This document shows, piece after piece, positions 31,085 to 43,586 of a stretch of DNA of 64,000 nucleotides. The translations under genes were made by a program, and so were the position numbers. Position 1 is the first letter of the stretch; every line of letters starts with the position of its first letter. Source of the DNA: Tubulanus polymorphus (Eukaryota; Animalia; Nemertea). Where the stretch lies: assembly GCF_964204645.1 (NCBI RefSeq), contig NC_134028.1, positions 1 through 64,000 on the forward strand, written 5' to 3'. A model generated the notes under the pieces. The model saw only the letters and a program-made list of their open reading frames with translations, was not told the DNA's origin and searched no databases.

Positions 31085-32644
31085 ATGATTCCTGCACTGA
31101 CACTGACGAAGGCAACCTCGCCGAAATATCTGTCAATGGAGCGATCTACTCGAAAGAAGAAACGACCACCAGCTGAGAAGACCAGCAAGGGCGGAGGACG
31201 CCCTGAGCGACACCAGCAACCCGGGATGTCGCCGAAAAATTACTATAGAGCTCTTCAAGTGGCGCACCACCTTGCCCAGTTGAGCTCTGGTCCGAAAGCG
31301 ATTCGGAGGAAGAAGGACCATCTGAAGATGTTCCTGCGGCCGGCGGCTTGCACCGAAGCAGTAACGGTGCAGCTGCACGCTGCCGCGGACGTCTGGATGG
31401 AGACAGTTTCGAAAGAGCTGACCATCCATTACGCTGCCACATTTGTTCAGCTAATGGGTGATCCTCTGCCGGACTGTCTATCAGCACAGGATGTCGCCCT
31501 GACATGGGCCCGGAGGAATTTCGGCTCCCGTCTGAGCCCCGGAACGATCCGGCTTTTCAACATCGCGCTGGATTTGCGGTCGAAATTCCGCGGTCAGGCT
31601 CTGTCTGACAAACTCAGAAATGTCCTATCTAACCCACCTTCTTCCCCTTCTCATTTCAGGTCACACCACCAGGAGGCACCCACGGAGCCGAAGATTCGTC
31701 CGCCGCCGAGACCGAGCCGGAAGATTCGAAAGCCCGCGACGCCGAGGACGCCTGCACCAACCGCAGCCGCGCCCGCCGCGCCCACAGCGCCTCCTTCTTT
31801 TTCTGATTCCAGGTCACCGAGAAGCTACGCGGATGTCACCAGGACGCCACCAACCAGAATGGCGCCACCACCGAGAAGTCCGATGCCGACGCCGCCGCCG
31901 CCACCAAGAAGTCCGACGCCACCGAGAAGTCCGACGCCGCCGCCTCGAAACCCGACGCCGCCGCCGCCGCAGAGAACGCCGACCGCACCAACCAGCAGTC
32001 CGACGCCGTCTCTCTCTTCTTCTCTTTCCAGCTCTCCGTCTCATTACAGGTCACCAGGGCGCCTACTGCCAGCGCGAAGTCCGACGCCAACACCGAGACC
32101 GATGGCGCCCCAGGAAGTTCGCCGTCATCCGAATACGGGTCGGAAGAAACAGGATTGGAGTCTGCCACCAACCCGGCGACCCATTCTGGTGATTGGTGAC
32201 TCAAATCTGAGTAACATCACATCAAGCCGCCGTCCGGATGACGTCCAGATCGAGAGCTTCCCCGGCTGCAAGATAGCTCATCTCGCCGACCTGATCGATG
32301 CTGTACCGGAGCGCCGAGATCGCCCGGATACGGTGATCATCAGCGTCGGAATCAACAACCGCGACAACAACTTCGAAGCGACCGCCAAGAAGACCACACA
32401 GCGCCTGATCAACGCCGCAGTCAAGAAGTATCAGCACTCGTTCGTCCACTTCGTTCAACTGAACACGACCCGCGAACACCAGCAGTTCGCCCGGAAGTTC
32501 AACGAATTCCTCGAGAATAACGACGACGTCACCGCGATACCACCCATCGATGATCGACGCTTCAGAGTTGTTGGAGACGGGATCCACTGGAACCGTGGTA
32601 CAGCTAACACCCTGCTGGACCACTGGCTCAGTGGTTTAAACTAA
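31085..32644 (+). CDS. Family A ORF1 (519 aa variant)
   Basis: Same motifs. Confidence 0.9.
   Translation: MIPALTLTKATSPKYLSMERSTRKKKRPPAEKTSKGGGRPERHQQPGMSPKNYYRALQVAHHLAQLSSGPKAIRRKKDHLKMFLRPAACTEAVTVQLHAAADVWMETVSKELTIHYAATFVQLMGDPLPDCLSAQDVALTWARRNFGSRLSPGTIRLFNIALDLRSKFRGQALSDKLRNVLSNPPSSPSHFRSHHQEAPTEPKIRPPPRPSRKIRKPATPRTPAPTAAAPAAPTAPPSFSDSRSPRSYADVTRTPPTRMAPPPRSPMPTPPPPPRSPTPPRSPTPPPRNPTPPPPQRTPTAPTSSPTPSLSSSLSSSPSHYRSPGRLLPARSPTPTPRPMAPQEVRRHPNTGRKKQDWSLPPTRRPILVIGDSNLSNITSSRRPDDVQIESFPGCKIAHLADLIDAVPERRDRPDTVIISVGINNRDNNFEATAKKTTQRLINAAVKKYQHSFVHFVQLNTTREHQQFARKFNEFLENNDDVTAIPPIDDRRFRVVGDGIHWNRGTANTLLDHWLSGLN
31098..31135 (+). ncRNA. Minimal hammerhead ribozyme, family A
   Basis: Same sequence as 2627-2664. 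Confidence 0.85.
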
Positions 32645-35100
32645 GTATTAGTGAGACCAACGGGTCCACTATTGGTGAGTTAAATCAACCGGAATTAACC
32701 AATGCTTCTCTGATTTCTTCCATTTCCAGGTCCGACGAACACGAAGAACCGGCACCAAACCAAGCGCGACGCGATCCGGTCACCGCTCTCGGGAGCCCGG
32801 TGGTCAACCTCACACGTTCACTCCGCCTAAGTCCGGCGCAACATCAGCTACTCCGAAAGGGCCTCACTTATTGCCCGACTCCAAGAATCGGTTCTGATGC
32901 CGCCGCGACCGAGCGCACCAAGGGAGTGTGCCGATTCAACCGGCTAGTGAAACTCGACCATCACTTCCGAGACAAACCGGACCGCGAGGCTCCGCGTTTC
33001 CGTCTGCCCAGCAGTTGGGCTCCGGATGAAATAGAACCAGTAATCGCCGGGTTCTGCAACGACGCGCACGAATTGGCTCAACAAACCAGGGATACGCGTC
33101 GCGTAAATGATAACCTCACTAAACAGGAACGCGAAGCCCTCCAGCAGCTGCGTGACAACACTAATATTGTCATCAAAGCCGCCGATAAGGGTTCCGCTAC
33201 GGTTATCATGGACCGCGACGACTACGTCCTCGAAGCCATGCGCCAACTAGCCGATCTCGAGTATTATCAGCCGCTGCAGCAACCGATCTTCGAACAGACC
33301 GGGGAAGAAATTCGCGAAATCATCGAAAATATGGCTCGACGAAAAATCATCCCGCTAAAAACCGCCGAATATCTATTACCGCCCGATAATCCGAAACAGA
33401 GGCAGTTCTATCTGCTTCCCAAAATCCATAAAGAACGCGAGAAGTGGACGGTACCCGATCGCGTACCGCCGGGGAGACCGATCGTCTCCGACTGCGGCTC
33501 CGAAACCTACGAAATTTCGGAATGGATCGACTACTATTTGCAGCCGATCGCCCGCGGTCACCCGTCGTACGTCAAAGATACCAACCACTTTCTAGATATT
33601 TTGGCCGGTAAACAATTTAGCGCCGATGCGTTACTCGTCACCATGGACATCGATTCGCTCTACACCAACATCCCCCACGAAGAGGGTATCGCCAGCATCC
33701 GACAAGCTCTCCGAGATAACCCGAACCCGGGACGCCCGGATGCCGAGCTGCTGAAACTACTCGAAATCAGCCTGAAGAAAAATGACTTTAACTTTAACGA
33801 AAACACATATTTACAGGTAAAAGGTACCGCAATGGGTAAGCGTTTTGCTCCTTCTTATGCCAATATCTTTGTAGCCGAATGGGAAAAAGAAGGTCTGTCC
33901 AGAAGCGAACTCCAACCATCGCTATACGCTCGGTTCATCGACGACATCTACATAGTTTGGGAACACGGCCGCGAAACGTTGATGCAATTCATCGACGTCC
34001 TACAAACAGTGAGCCGATCCATCAAACTCAAGTTCGAAATCAGCGACACCAGCGTCAACTTCCTGGACGTAACCACTTTCAAAGGCCCGCGATTCGAGAC
34101 AAGTGGCACAGTAGACACCAAAGTCTACTTCAAACCAACCGATTCGCATCAATTACTACATCGATCCTCGTTTCACCCTAAACACACATTTTCCGGTATA
34201 GTTAAAAGTCAAATTCTCCGGTTCCGGCGCATCTGCAATAACGATTCGGACTTACACGCAGCGTCCGGAACCGTCCTTAAAGTACTCAGAGGTCGTGGCT
34301 ACAAAGACCGCGAACTGCGACACATCAAAAGCCAAGCTCTACGGCACCACGCCGAACGAGATCTACGAGAACAACAACGGGCCGACGAACCGCCGAAAAA
34401 GCGTTTACCGCTTATCTTACCTCACTCCGAAGCCAACCGAACCCTAGCCCGTAACATCCGAACCAGATTTACGGAACTGGCTACGGCCACCGGCCGGTCG
34501 GACGAGGTAACCACGGTCACCGCCTACACCAAGCACAAGAGTCTCAAAGATCTCCTAACTTCGTCGCAGCTCAAACCCACGGAGCCACCCCCTCCCCGAG
34601 TCCCCTCTTCACCGCATCGTAACAGAAATACTTCCGTTGTTTCCAATTCTTCTATTTCCAGGTCTACTCAAAGAACTCCGTCAACCCGACGTCGAGGCAC
34701 CGAGAAATGCGGAACACCGAGATGTCGTACGTGTCCACTCGTCCGAGAAACAACCGTTTGCCGCAGCCACAACAAAATGCACGCGATCCGCAGCACAATT
34801 AATTGCGCGACCCGTGAAATTGTATACTGCATCGAATGCACCAAGTGCAACATGCTGTACGTCGGCCAAACCGGAATGTCTCTACGAGAACGCGTCACTC
34901 ATCACGTCTCACGCATCAGAACGAAGAATTCGACTCCAGTCTCGGACCACTTCAACCAAGTCGACCACACCCGCGAACACTTTCGGGTGTACGGTCTCCA
35001 ACACCTACCAGGCTCCACGAGACCGATCCGCGAAGCAGCCGAACAAGACTGGATACGACGACTCGACACGAACACGCCCCGAGGCATGAACGTCCCGTAG
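32635..35100 (+). CDS. Family A ORF2 RT + GIY-YIG
   Basis: Intact (track start 32800). Confidence 0.95.
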   Translation, partial: FKLSISETNGSTIGELNQPELTNASLISSISRSDEHEEPAPNQARRDPVTALGSPVVNLTRSLRLSPAQHQLLRKGLTYCPTPRIGSDAAATERTKGVCRFNRLVKLDHHFRDKPDREAPRFRLPSSWAPDEIEPVIAGFCNDAHELAQQTRDTRRVNDNLTKQEREALQQLRDNTNIVIKAADKGSATVIMDRDDYVLEAMRQLADLEYYQPLQQPIFEQTGEEIREIIENMARRKIIPLKTAEYLLPPDNPKQRQFYLLPKIHKEREKWTVPDRVPPGRPIVSDCGSETYEISEWIDYYLQPIARGHPSYVKDTNHFLDILAGKQFSADALLVTMDIDSLYTNIPHEEGIASIRQALRDNPNPGRPDAELLKLLEISLKKNDFNFNENTYLQVKGTAMGKRFAPSYANIFVAEWEKEGLSRSELQPSLYARFIDDIYIVWEHGRETLMQFIDVLQTVSRSIKLKFEISDTSVNFLDVTTFKGPRFETSGTVDTKVYFKPTDSHQLLHRSSFHPKHTFSGIVKSQILRFRRICNNDSDLHAASGTVLKVLRGRGYKDRELRHIKSQALRHHAERDLREQQRADEPPKKRLPLILPHSEANRTLARNIRTRFTELATATGRSDEVTTVTAYTKHKSLKDLLTSSQLKPTEPPPPRVPSSPHRNRNTSVVSNSSISRSTQRTPSTRRRGTEKCGTPRCRTCPLVRETTVCRSHNKMHAIRSTINCATREIVYCIECTKCNMLYVGQTGMSLRERVTHHVSRIRTKNSTPVSDHFNQVDHTREHFRVYGLQHLPGSTRPIREAAEQDWIRRLDTNTPRGMNVP

Positions 35101-37335
35101 ACCGCCTCACTACAACAATTAACTCTCACTACTTTTTTACAGGGATAACCCGCTGCCCGTGCACTAGTGGGGTCTCCAAACCTTCGGTTTGGTCCCCTAA
35201 CCTCTATCTCTAAACCTAACCTTAGCCCGTGCCAGGTTTCCCTCGTAAATTATCTTAACTGATTAATTATTAATCATCAATCTATTTGCAGAATCATCCT
35301 CCGTCGCCTGAAGCAGAAACCCGCTCAGAGACAGAGTACAAAACAAACTCCAAGATCACAAGCTCCACAGGAATCATCAACCTTTTATCTTTTAATTAGT
35401 TCTCTCTGCTTTACTTTGAAAACTCAATCGAAATTCAGTAAGTAAGAAGACAGACCAAATATCAGAAACAGTTAGAAAAATAAACAAAAGCGCGATATCG
35501 GGAACCGAACCCTAACCGCTAGTACAGACTGGTTGCCTGTCCCAGGACGGTAGAAACCGGTAACCAGTCCACCGCTATTATCTATTTCGAAAATATGCGT
35601 CAGCACTGAGATTATATCATAGAAACACCCGAAAAGTATTAATTAATCTATTATAAATTTAGAAAGAAAGGGAATCTAGAATAGGTAAGAATATACTCAA
35701 TTACTAAAACGGCGCGCCTGATCGGGACTCGAACCCGCGACGCCCCAATTAAGCTCCGGAGAATACTCGGGAACCGTACCCGCCGCTCCGAAATTAACCG
35801 CTAGTACTGACGGGTTGCCGGTGCCCCGCGTTAGATACCGGTAACCTGTCCACCGCTCTTATTTATTTTGAAAATATGCGTCGGCACTAAGATTATATCG
35901 TAGAAACATCTGAAAAGTACTATTGTATCCGTCAAAGATTCAGAATTAAAAGGAATCCAGAATAGGTAAAAAACATTTAGAATAGAACTATTCAATTACT
36001 AAACGGCGCCTGGTCTGGACTCGAACCCGCGGCACCCTAATTAACCTCCGTTTAATCTATAACGTTCGGTCGGGGACCTAACCCGCCACGTCCTAATTAA
36101 CTATTATCGTATCTACGCGCCAACTCTTGGAACATACTCTATATAGATCCGGGTGTCAAGTTTCAAATTTCTCTAAAACAGACAGTTTATTTTCGGATAA
36201 CAATTCTAATGAGATCGCTCAAAAGTATTAGTAGCTATATTCAAAAACCGCACTATAGGTTGTAGAAGTATAAGAAGTTTATAGGATAAATAATAGTCCA
36301 CGGACATCAATCACTGTTTACGAGTCACTCATAATTAGTGACCGATCGGCCACCTGCGCCTCTTGACTAATTATCCGACTCAATTCTATACAAAATCGCA
36401 GTTACGACGCCTTCAAACTCATCAGTTTTTTTTCAAAGAACACAGCCCAATATTCCCGATTCAAAAAGAGTTTTATACCCGCGCTCCGGTCTGAATATAT
36501 TTGTCACATGTTCAAGTTCACATAGCTTTACTCGATCCTAATAACTCTAAATAAGCGTAGTTTATCTAATAGAATTATATTTAAGAACGTAGAATTAAAA
36601 CAGACGTATTAGTAAGACATTTCTATCAAAACTCGTCACCCATAATTAGGGCTAATTAACCACCCGCGCTCACTCAGTAATTTAGATCTTACGGGTTATA
36701 ACTTCCTACTAAATCGCCGACGCCGCGCTGTCTAATTCATTCAATTTTCGGTAGAATACCGCGTAGATATTTCAAAATCCGCTCTTAAAAGCTTTAGAAT
36801 ACGGAGAAAACTTGATTAACTAAGAACCGGATTTCACCATTTACGACTATTTAGTATACACGCGTATATCGGAATACGCCTCGGCCGCGCACCGCTAATT
36901 AACGCATCTAAACTAATTAGGAATTAAGCAATTTTGAAACTGAACTCGGACATATTTCGAACATTCCGGTTCACGTATATTAATAATACATATTCTAGAT
37001 TTCTCTTTATAGCAAACACTTTGAGTATTTATCAGGTTATATCGAAATAAACTTTTCAATTCTATATTAGACACGCCGTTCTTTAGATCTTTAGAACTAT
37101 ACATCAAAGCAAACTATTCAACAGCTAGATCAAGGGCCATAATTAGTGCTGTTTTCTAGTCACTCTGGATCAAAGGCATAATTAGTCAGACCCCTAGTTT
37201 GTCTATTAGCTTGATCACAGAAGTACAATTAGTCTAGATCACAAGGTCTCATATGGTCACTTAACTTCTAACTCAAATACTGTTCACTTGTTGCGCGCTG
37301 CGTGTATAAAAACCCGTGTCTAATCCTAGTTCAGC

Positions 37336-38895
37336 ATGATTCCTGCACTGACACTGACGAAGGCAACCTCGCCGAAATATCTGTCAATGGAGCGATCTAC
37401 TCGAAAGAAGAAACGACCACCAGCTGAGAAGACCAGCAAGGGCGGAGGACGCCCTGAGCGACACCAGCAACCCGGGATGTCGCCGAAAAATTACTATAGA
37501 GCTCTTCAAGTGGCGCACCACCTTGCCCAGTTGAGCTCTGGTCCGAAAGCGATTCGGAGGAAGAAGGACCATCTGAAGATGTTCCTGCGGCCGGCGGCTT
37601 GCACCGAAGCAGTAACGGTGCAGCTGCACGCTGCCGCGGACGTCTGGATGGAGACAGTTTCGAAAGAGCTGACCATCCATTACGCTGCCACATTTGTTCA
37701 GCTAATGGGTGATCCTCTGCCGGACTGTCTATCAGCACAGGATGTCGCCCTGACATGGGCCCGGAGGAATTTCGGCTCCCGTCTGAGCCCCGGAACGATC
37801 CGGCTTTTCAACATCGCGCTGGATTTGCGGTCGAAATTCCGCGGTCAGGCTCTGTCTGACAAACTCAGAAATGTCCTATCTAACCCACCTTCTTCCCCTT
37901 CTCATTTCAGGTCACACCACCAGGAGGCACCCACGGAGCCGAAGATTCGTCCGCCGCCGAGACCGAGCCGGAAGATTCGAAAGCCCGCGACGCCGAGGAC
38001 GCCTGCACCAACCGCAGCCGCGCCCGCCGCGCCCACAGCGCCTCCTTCTTTTTCTGATTCCAGGTCACCGAGAAGCTACGCGGATGTCACCAGGACGCCA
38101 CCAACCAGAATGGCGCCACCACCGAGAAGTCCGATGCCGACGCCGCCGCCGCCACCAAGAAGTCCGACGCCACCGAGAAGTCCGACGCCGCCGCCTCGAA
38201 ACCCGACGCCGCCGCCGCCGCAGAGAACGCCGACCGCACCAACCAGCAGTCCGACGCCGTCTCTCTCTTCTTCTCTTTCCAGCTCTCCGTCTCATTACAG
38301 GTCACCAGGGCGCCTACTGCCAGCGCGAAGTCCGACGCCAACACCGAGACCGATGGCGCCCCAGGAAGTTCGCCGTCATCCGAATACGGGTCGGAAGAAA
38401 CAGGATTGGAGTCTGCCACCAACCCGGCGACCCATTCTGGTGATTGGTGACTCAAATCTGAGTAACATCACATCAAGCCGCCGTCCGGATGACGTCCAGA
38501 TCGAGAGCTTCCCCGGCTGCAAGATAGCTCATCTCGCCGACCTGATCGATGCTGTACCGGAGCGCCGAGATCGCCCGGATACGGTGATCATCAGCGTCGG
38601 AATCAACAACCGCGACAACAACTTCGAAGCGACCGCCAAGAAGACCACACAGCGCCTGATCAACGCCGCAGTCAAGAAGTATCAGCACTCGTTCGTCCAC
38701 TTCGTTCAACTGAACACGACCCGCGAACACCAGCAGTTCGCCCGGAAGTTCAACGAATTCCTCGAGAATAACGACGACGTCACCGCGATACCACCCATCG
38801 ATGATCGACGCTTCAGAGTTGTTGGAGACGGGATCCACTGGAACCGTGGTACAGCTAACACCCTGCTGGACCACTGGCTCAGTGGTTTAAACTAA
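37336..38895 (+). CDS. Family A ORF1 (519 aa variant)
   Basis: Identical protein to 31085-32644. Confidence 0.9.
   Translation: MIPALTLTKATSPKYLSMERSTRKKKRPPAEKTSKGGGRPERHQQPGMSPKNYYRALQVAHHLAQLSSGPKAIRRKKDHLKMFLRPAACTEAVTVQLHAAADVWMETVSKELTIHYAATFVQLMGDPLPDCLSAQDVALTWARRNFGSRLSPGTIRLFNIALDLRSKFRGQALSDKLRNVLSNPPSSPSHFRSHHQEAPTEPKIRPPPRPSRKIRKPATPRTPAPTAAAPAAPTAPPSFSDSRSPRSYADVTRTPPTRMAPPPRSPMPTPPPPPRSPTPPRSPTPPPRNPTPPPPQRTPTAPTSSPTPSLSSSLSSSPSHYRSPGRLLPARSPTPTPRPMAPQEVRRHPNTGRKKQDWSLPPTRRPILVIGDSNLSNITSSRRPDDVQIESFPGCKIAHLADLIDAVPERRDRPDTVIISVGINNRDNNFEATAKKTTQRLINAAVKKYQHSFVHFVQLNTTREHQQFARKFNEFLENNDDVTAIPPIDDRRFRVVGDGIHWNRGTANTLLDHWLSGLN
37349..37386 (+). ncRNA. Minimal hammerhead ribozyme, family A
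   Basis: Same sequence as 2627-2664. Confidence 0.85.
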
Positions 38896-41351
38896 GTATT
38901 AGTGAGACCAACGGGTCCACTATTGGTGAGTTAAATCAACCGGAATTAACCAATGCTTCTCTGATTTCTTCCATTTCCAGGTCCGACGAACACGAAGAAC
39001 CGGCACCAAACCAAGCGCGACGCGATCCGGTCACCGCTCTCGGGAGCCCGGTGGTCAACCTCACACGTTCACTCCGCCTAAGTCCGGCGCAACATCAGCT
39101 ACTCCGAAAGGGCCTCACTTATTGCCCGACTCCAAGAATCGGTTCTGATGCCGCCGCGACCGAGCGCACCAAGGGAGTGTGCCGATTCAACCGGCTAGTG
39201 AAACTCGACCATCACTTCCGAGACAAACCGGACCGCGAGGCTCCGCGTTTCCGTCTGCCCAGCAGTTGGGCTCCGGATGAAATAGAACCAGTAATCGCCG
39301 GGTTCTGCAACGACGCGCACGAATTGGCTCAACAAACCAGGGATACGCGTCGCGTAAATGATAACCTCACTAAACAGGAACGCGAAGCCCTCCAGCAGCT
39401 GCGTGACAACACTAATATTGTCATCAAAGCCGCCGATAAGGGTTCCGCTACGGTTATCATGGACCGCGACGACTACGTCCTCGAAGCCATGCGCCAACTA
39501 GCCGATCTCGAGTATTATCAGCCGCTGCAGCAACCGATCTTCGAACAGACCGGGGAAGAAATTCGCGAAATCATCGAAAATATGGCTCGACGAAAAATCA
39601 TCCCGCTAAAAACCGCCGAATATCTATTACCGCCCGATAATCCGAAACAGAGGCAGTTCTATCTGCTTCCCAAAATCCATAAAGAACGCGAGAAGTGGAC
39701 GGTACCCGATCGCGTACCGCCGGGGAGACCGATCGTCTCCGACTGCGGCTCCGAAACCTACGAAATTTCGGAATGGATCGACTACTATTTGCAGCCGATC
39801 GCCCGCGGTCACCCGTCGTACGTCAAAGATACCAACCACTTTCTAGATATTTTGGCCGGTAAACAATTTAGCGCCGATGCGTTACTCGTCACCATGGACA
39901 TCGATTCGCTCTACACCAACATCCCCCACGAAGAGGGTATCGCCAGCATCCGACAAGCTCTCCGAGATAACCCGAACCCGGGACGCCCGGATGCCGAGCT
40001 GCTGAAACTACTCGAAATCAGCCTGAAGAAAAATGACTTTAACTTTAACGAAAACACATATTTACAGGTAAAAGGTACCGCAATGGGTAAGCGTTTTGCT
40101 CCTTCTTATGCCAATATCTTTGTAGCCGAATGGGAAAAAGAAGGTCTGTCCAGAAGCGAACTCCAACCATCGCTATACGCTCGGTTCATCGACGACATCT
40201 ACATAGTTTGGGAACACGGCCGCGAAACGTTGATGCAATTCATCGACGTCCTACAAACAGTGAGCCGATCCATCAAACTCAAGTTCGAAATCAGCGACAC
40301 CAGCGTCAACTTCCTGGACGTAACCACTTTCAAAGGCCCGCGATTCGAGACAAGTGGCACAGTAGACACCAAAGTCTACTTCAAACCAACCGATTCGCAT
40401 CAATTACTACATCGATCCTCGTTTCACCCTAAACACACATTTTCCGGTATAGTTAAAAGTCAAATTCTCCGGTTCCGGCGCATCTGCAATAACGATTCGG
40501 ACTTACACGCAGCGTCCGGAACCGTCCTTAAAGTACTCAGAGGTCGTGGCTACAAAGACCGCGAACTGCGACACATCAAAAGCCAAGCTCTACGGCACCA
40601 CGCCGAACGAGATCTACGAGAACAACAACGGGCCGACGAACCGCCGAAAAAGCGTTTACCGCTTATCTTACCTCACTCCGAAGCCAACCGAACCCTAGCC
40701 CGTAACATCCGAACCAGATTTACGGAACTGGCTACGGCCACCGGCCGGTCGGACGAGGTAACCACGGTCACCGCCTACACCAAGCACAAGAGTCTCAAAG
40801 ATCTCCTAACTTCGTCGCAGCTCAAACCCACGGAGCCACCCCCTCCCCGAGTCCCCTCTTCACCGCATCGTAACAGAAATACTTCCGTTGTTTCCAATTC
40901 TTCTATTTCCAGGTCTACTCAAAGAACTCCGTCAACCCGACGTCGAGGCACCGAGAAATGCGGAACACCGAGATGTCGTACGTGTCCACTCGTCCGAGAA
41001 ACAACCGTTTGCCGCAGCCACAACAAAATGCACGCGATCCGCAGCACAATTAATTGCGCGACCCGTGAAATTGTATACTGCATCGAATGCACCAAGTGCA
41101 ACATGCTGTACGTCGGCCAAACCGGAATGTCTCTACGAGAACGCGTCACTCATCACGTCTCACGCATCAGAACGAAGAATTCGACTCCAGTCTCGGACCA
41201 CTTCAACCAAGTCGACCACACCCGCGAACACTTTCGGGTGTACGGTCTCCAACACCTACCAGGCTCCACGAGACCGATCCGCGAAGCAGCCGAACAAGAC
41301 TGGATACGACGACTCGACACGAACACGCCCCGAGGCATGAACGTCCCGTAG
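38886..41351 (+). CDS. Family A ORF2 RT + GIY-YIG
   Basis: Intact (track start 39051). Confidence 0.95.
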   Translation, partial: FKLSISETNGSTIGELNQPELTNASLISSISRSDEHEEPAPNQARRDPVTALGSPVVNLTRSLRLSPAQHQLLRKGLTYCPTPRIGSDAAATERTKGVCRFNRLVKLDHHFRDKPDREAPRFRLPSSWAPDEIEPVIAGFCNDAHELAQQTRDTRRVNDNLTKQEREALQQLRDNTNIVIKAADKGSATVIMDRDDYVLEAMRQLADLEYYQPLQQPIFEQTGEEIREIIENMARRKIIPLKTAEYLLPPDNPKQRQFYLLPKIHKEREKWTVPDRVPPGRPIVSDCGSETYEISEWIDYYLQPIARGHPSYVKDTNHFLDILAGKQFSADALLVTMDIDSLYTNIPHEEGIASIRQALRDNPNPGRPDAELLKLLEISLKKNDFNFNENTYLQVKGTAMGKRFAPSYANIFVAEWEKEGLSRSELQPSLYARFIDDIYIVWEHGRETLMQFIDVLQTVSRSIKLKFEISDTSVNFLDVTTFKGPRFETSGTVDTKVYFKPTDSHQLLHRSSFHPKHTFSGIVKSQILRFRRICNNDSDLHAASGTVLKVLRGRGYKDRELRHIKSQALRHHAERDLREQQRADEPPKKRLPLILPHSEANRTLARNIRTRFTELATATGRSDEVTTVTAYTKHKSLKDLLTSSQLKPTEPPPPRVPSSPHRNRNTSVVSNSSISRSTQRTPSTRRRGTEKCGTPRCRTCPLVRETTVCRSHNKMHAIRSTINCATREIVYCIECTKCNMLYVGQTGMSLRERVTHHVSRIRTKNSTPVSDHFNQVDHTREHFRVYGLQHLPGSTRPIREAAEQDWIRRLDTNTPRGMNVP

Positions 41352-43586
41352 ACCGCCTCACTACAACAATTAACTCTCACTACTTTTTTACAGGGATAAC
41401 CCGCTGCCCGTGCACTAGTGGGGTCTCCAAACCTTCGGTTTGGTCCCCTAACCTCTATCTCTAAACCTAACCTTAGCCCGTGCCAGGTTTCCCTCGTAAA
41501 TTATCTTAACTGATTAATTATTAATCATCAATCTATTTGCAGAATCATCCTCCGTCGCCTGAAGCAGAAACCCGCTCAGAGACAGAGTACAAAACAAACT
41601 CCAAGATCACAAGCTCCACAGGAATCATCAACCTTTTATCTTTTAATTAGTTCTCTCTGCTTTACTTTGAAAACTCAATCGAAATTCAGTAAGTAAGAAG
41701 ACAGACCAAATATCAGAAACAGTTAGAAAAATAAACAAAAGCGCGATATCGGGAACCGAACCCTAACCGCTAGTACAGACTGGTTGCCTGTCCCAGGACG
41801 GTAGAAACCGGTAACCAGTCCACCGCTATTATCTATTTCGAAAATATGCGTCAGCACTGAGATTATATCATAGAAACACCCGAAAAGTATTAATTAATCT
41901 ATTATAAATTTAGAAAGAAAGGGAATCTAGAATAGGTAAGAATATACTCAATTACTAAAACGGCGCGCCTGATCGGGACTCGAACCCGCGACGCCCCAAT
42001 TAAGCTCCGGAGAATACTCGGGAACCGTACCCGCCGCTCCGAAATTAACCGCTAGTACTGACGGGTTGCCGGTGCCCCGCGTTAGATACCGGTAACCTGT
42101 CCACCGCTCTTATTTATTTTGAAAATATGCGTCGGCACTAAGATTATATCGTAGAAACATCTGAAAAGTACTATTGTATCCGTCAAAGATTCAGAATTAA
42201 AAGGAATCCAGAATAGGTAAAAAACATTTAGAATAGAACTATTCAATTACTAAACGGCGCCTGGTCTGGACTCGAACCCGCGGCACCCTAATTAACCTCC
42301 GTTTAATCTATAACGTTCGGTCGGGGACCTAACCCGCCACGTCCTAATTAACTATTATCGTATCTACGCGCCAACTCTTGGAACATACTCTATATAGATC
42401 CGGGTGTCAAGTTTCAAATTTCTCTAAAACAGACAGTTTATTTTCGGATAACAATTCTAATGAGATCGCTCAAAAGTATTAGTAGCTATATTCAAAAACC
42501 GCACTATAGGTTGTAGAAGTATAAGAAGTTTATAGGATAAATAATAGTCCACGGACATCAATCACTGTTTACGAGTCACTCATAATTAGTGACCGATCGG
42601 CCACCTGCGCCTCTTGACTAATTATCCGACTCAATTCTATACAAAATCGCAGTTACGACGCCTTCAAACTCATCAGTTTTTTTTCAAAGAACACAGCCCA
42701 ATATTCCCGATTCAAAAAGAGTTTTATACCCGCGCTCCGGTCTGAATATATTTGTCACATGTTCAAGTTCACATAGCTTTACTCGATCCTAATAACTCTA
42801 AATAAGCGTAGTTTATCTAATAGAATTATATTTAAGAACGTAGAATTAAAACAGACGTATTAGTAAGACATTTCTATCAAAACTCGTCACCCATAATTAG
42901 GGCTAATTAACCACCCGCGCTCACTCAGTAATTTAGATCTTACGGGTTATAACTTCCTACTAAATCGCCGACGCCGCGCTGTCTAATTCATTCAATTTTC
43001 GGTAGAATACCGCGTAGATATTTCAAAATCCGCTCTTAAAAGCTTTAGAATACGGAGAAAACTTGATTAACTAAGAACCGGATTTCACCATTTACGACTA
43101 TTTAGTATACACGCGTATATCGGAATACGCCTCGGCCGCGCACCGCTAATTAACGCATCTAAACTAATTAGGAATTAAGCAATTTTGAAACTGAACTCGG
43201 ACATATTTCGAACATTCCGGTTCACGTATATTAATAATACATATTCTAGATTTCTCTTTATAGCAAACACTTTGAGTATTTATCAGGTTATATCGAAATA
43301 AACTTTTCAATTCTATATTAGACACGCCGTTCTTTAGATCTTTAGAACTATACATCAAAGCAAACTATTCAACAGCTAGATCAAGGGCCATAATTAGTGC
43401 TGTTTTCTAGTCACTCTGGATCAAAGGCATAATTAGTCAGACCCCTAGTTTGTCTATTAGCTTGATCACAGAAGTACAATTAGTCTAGATCACAAGGTCT
43501 CATATGGTCACTTAACTTCTAACTCAAATACTGTTCACTTGTTGCGCGCTGCGTGTATAAAAACCCGTGTCTAATCCTAGTTCAGC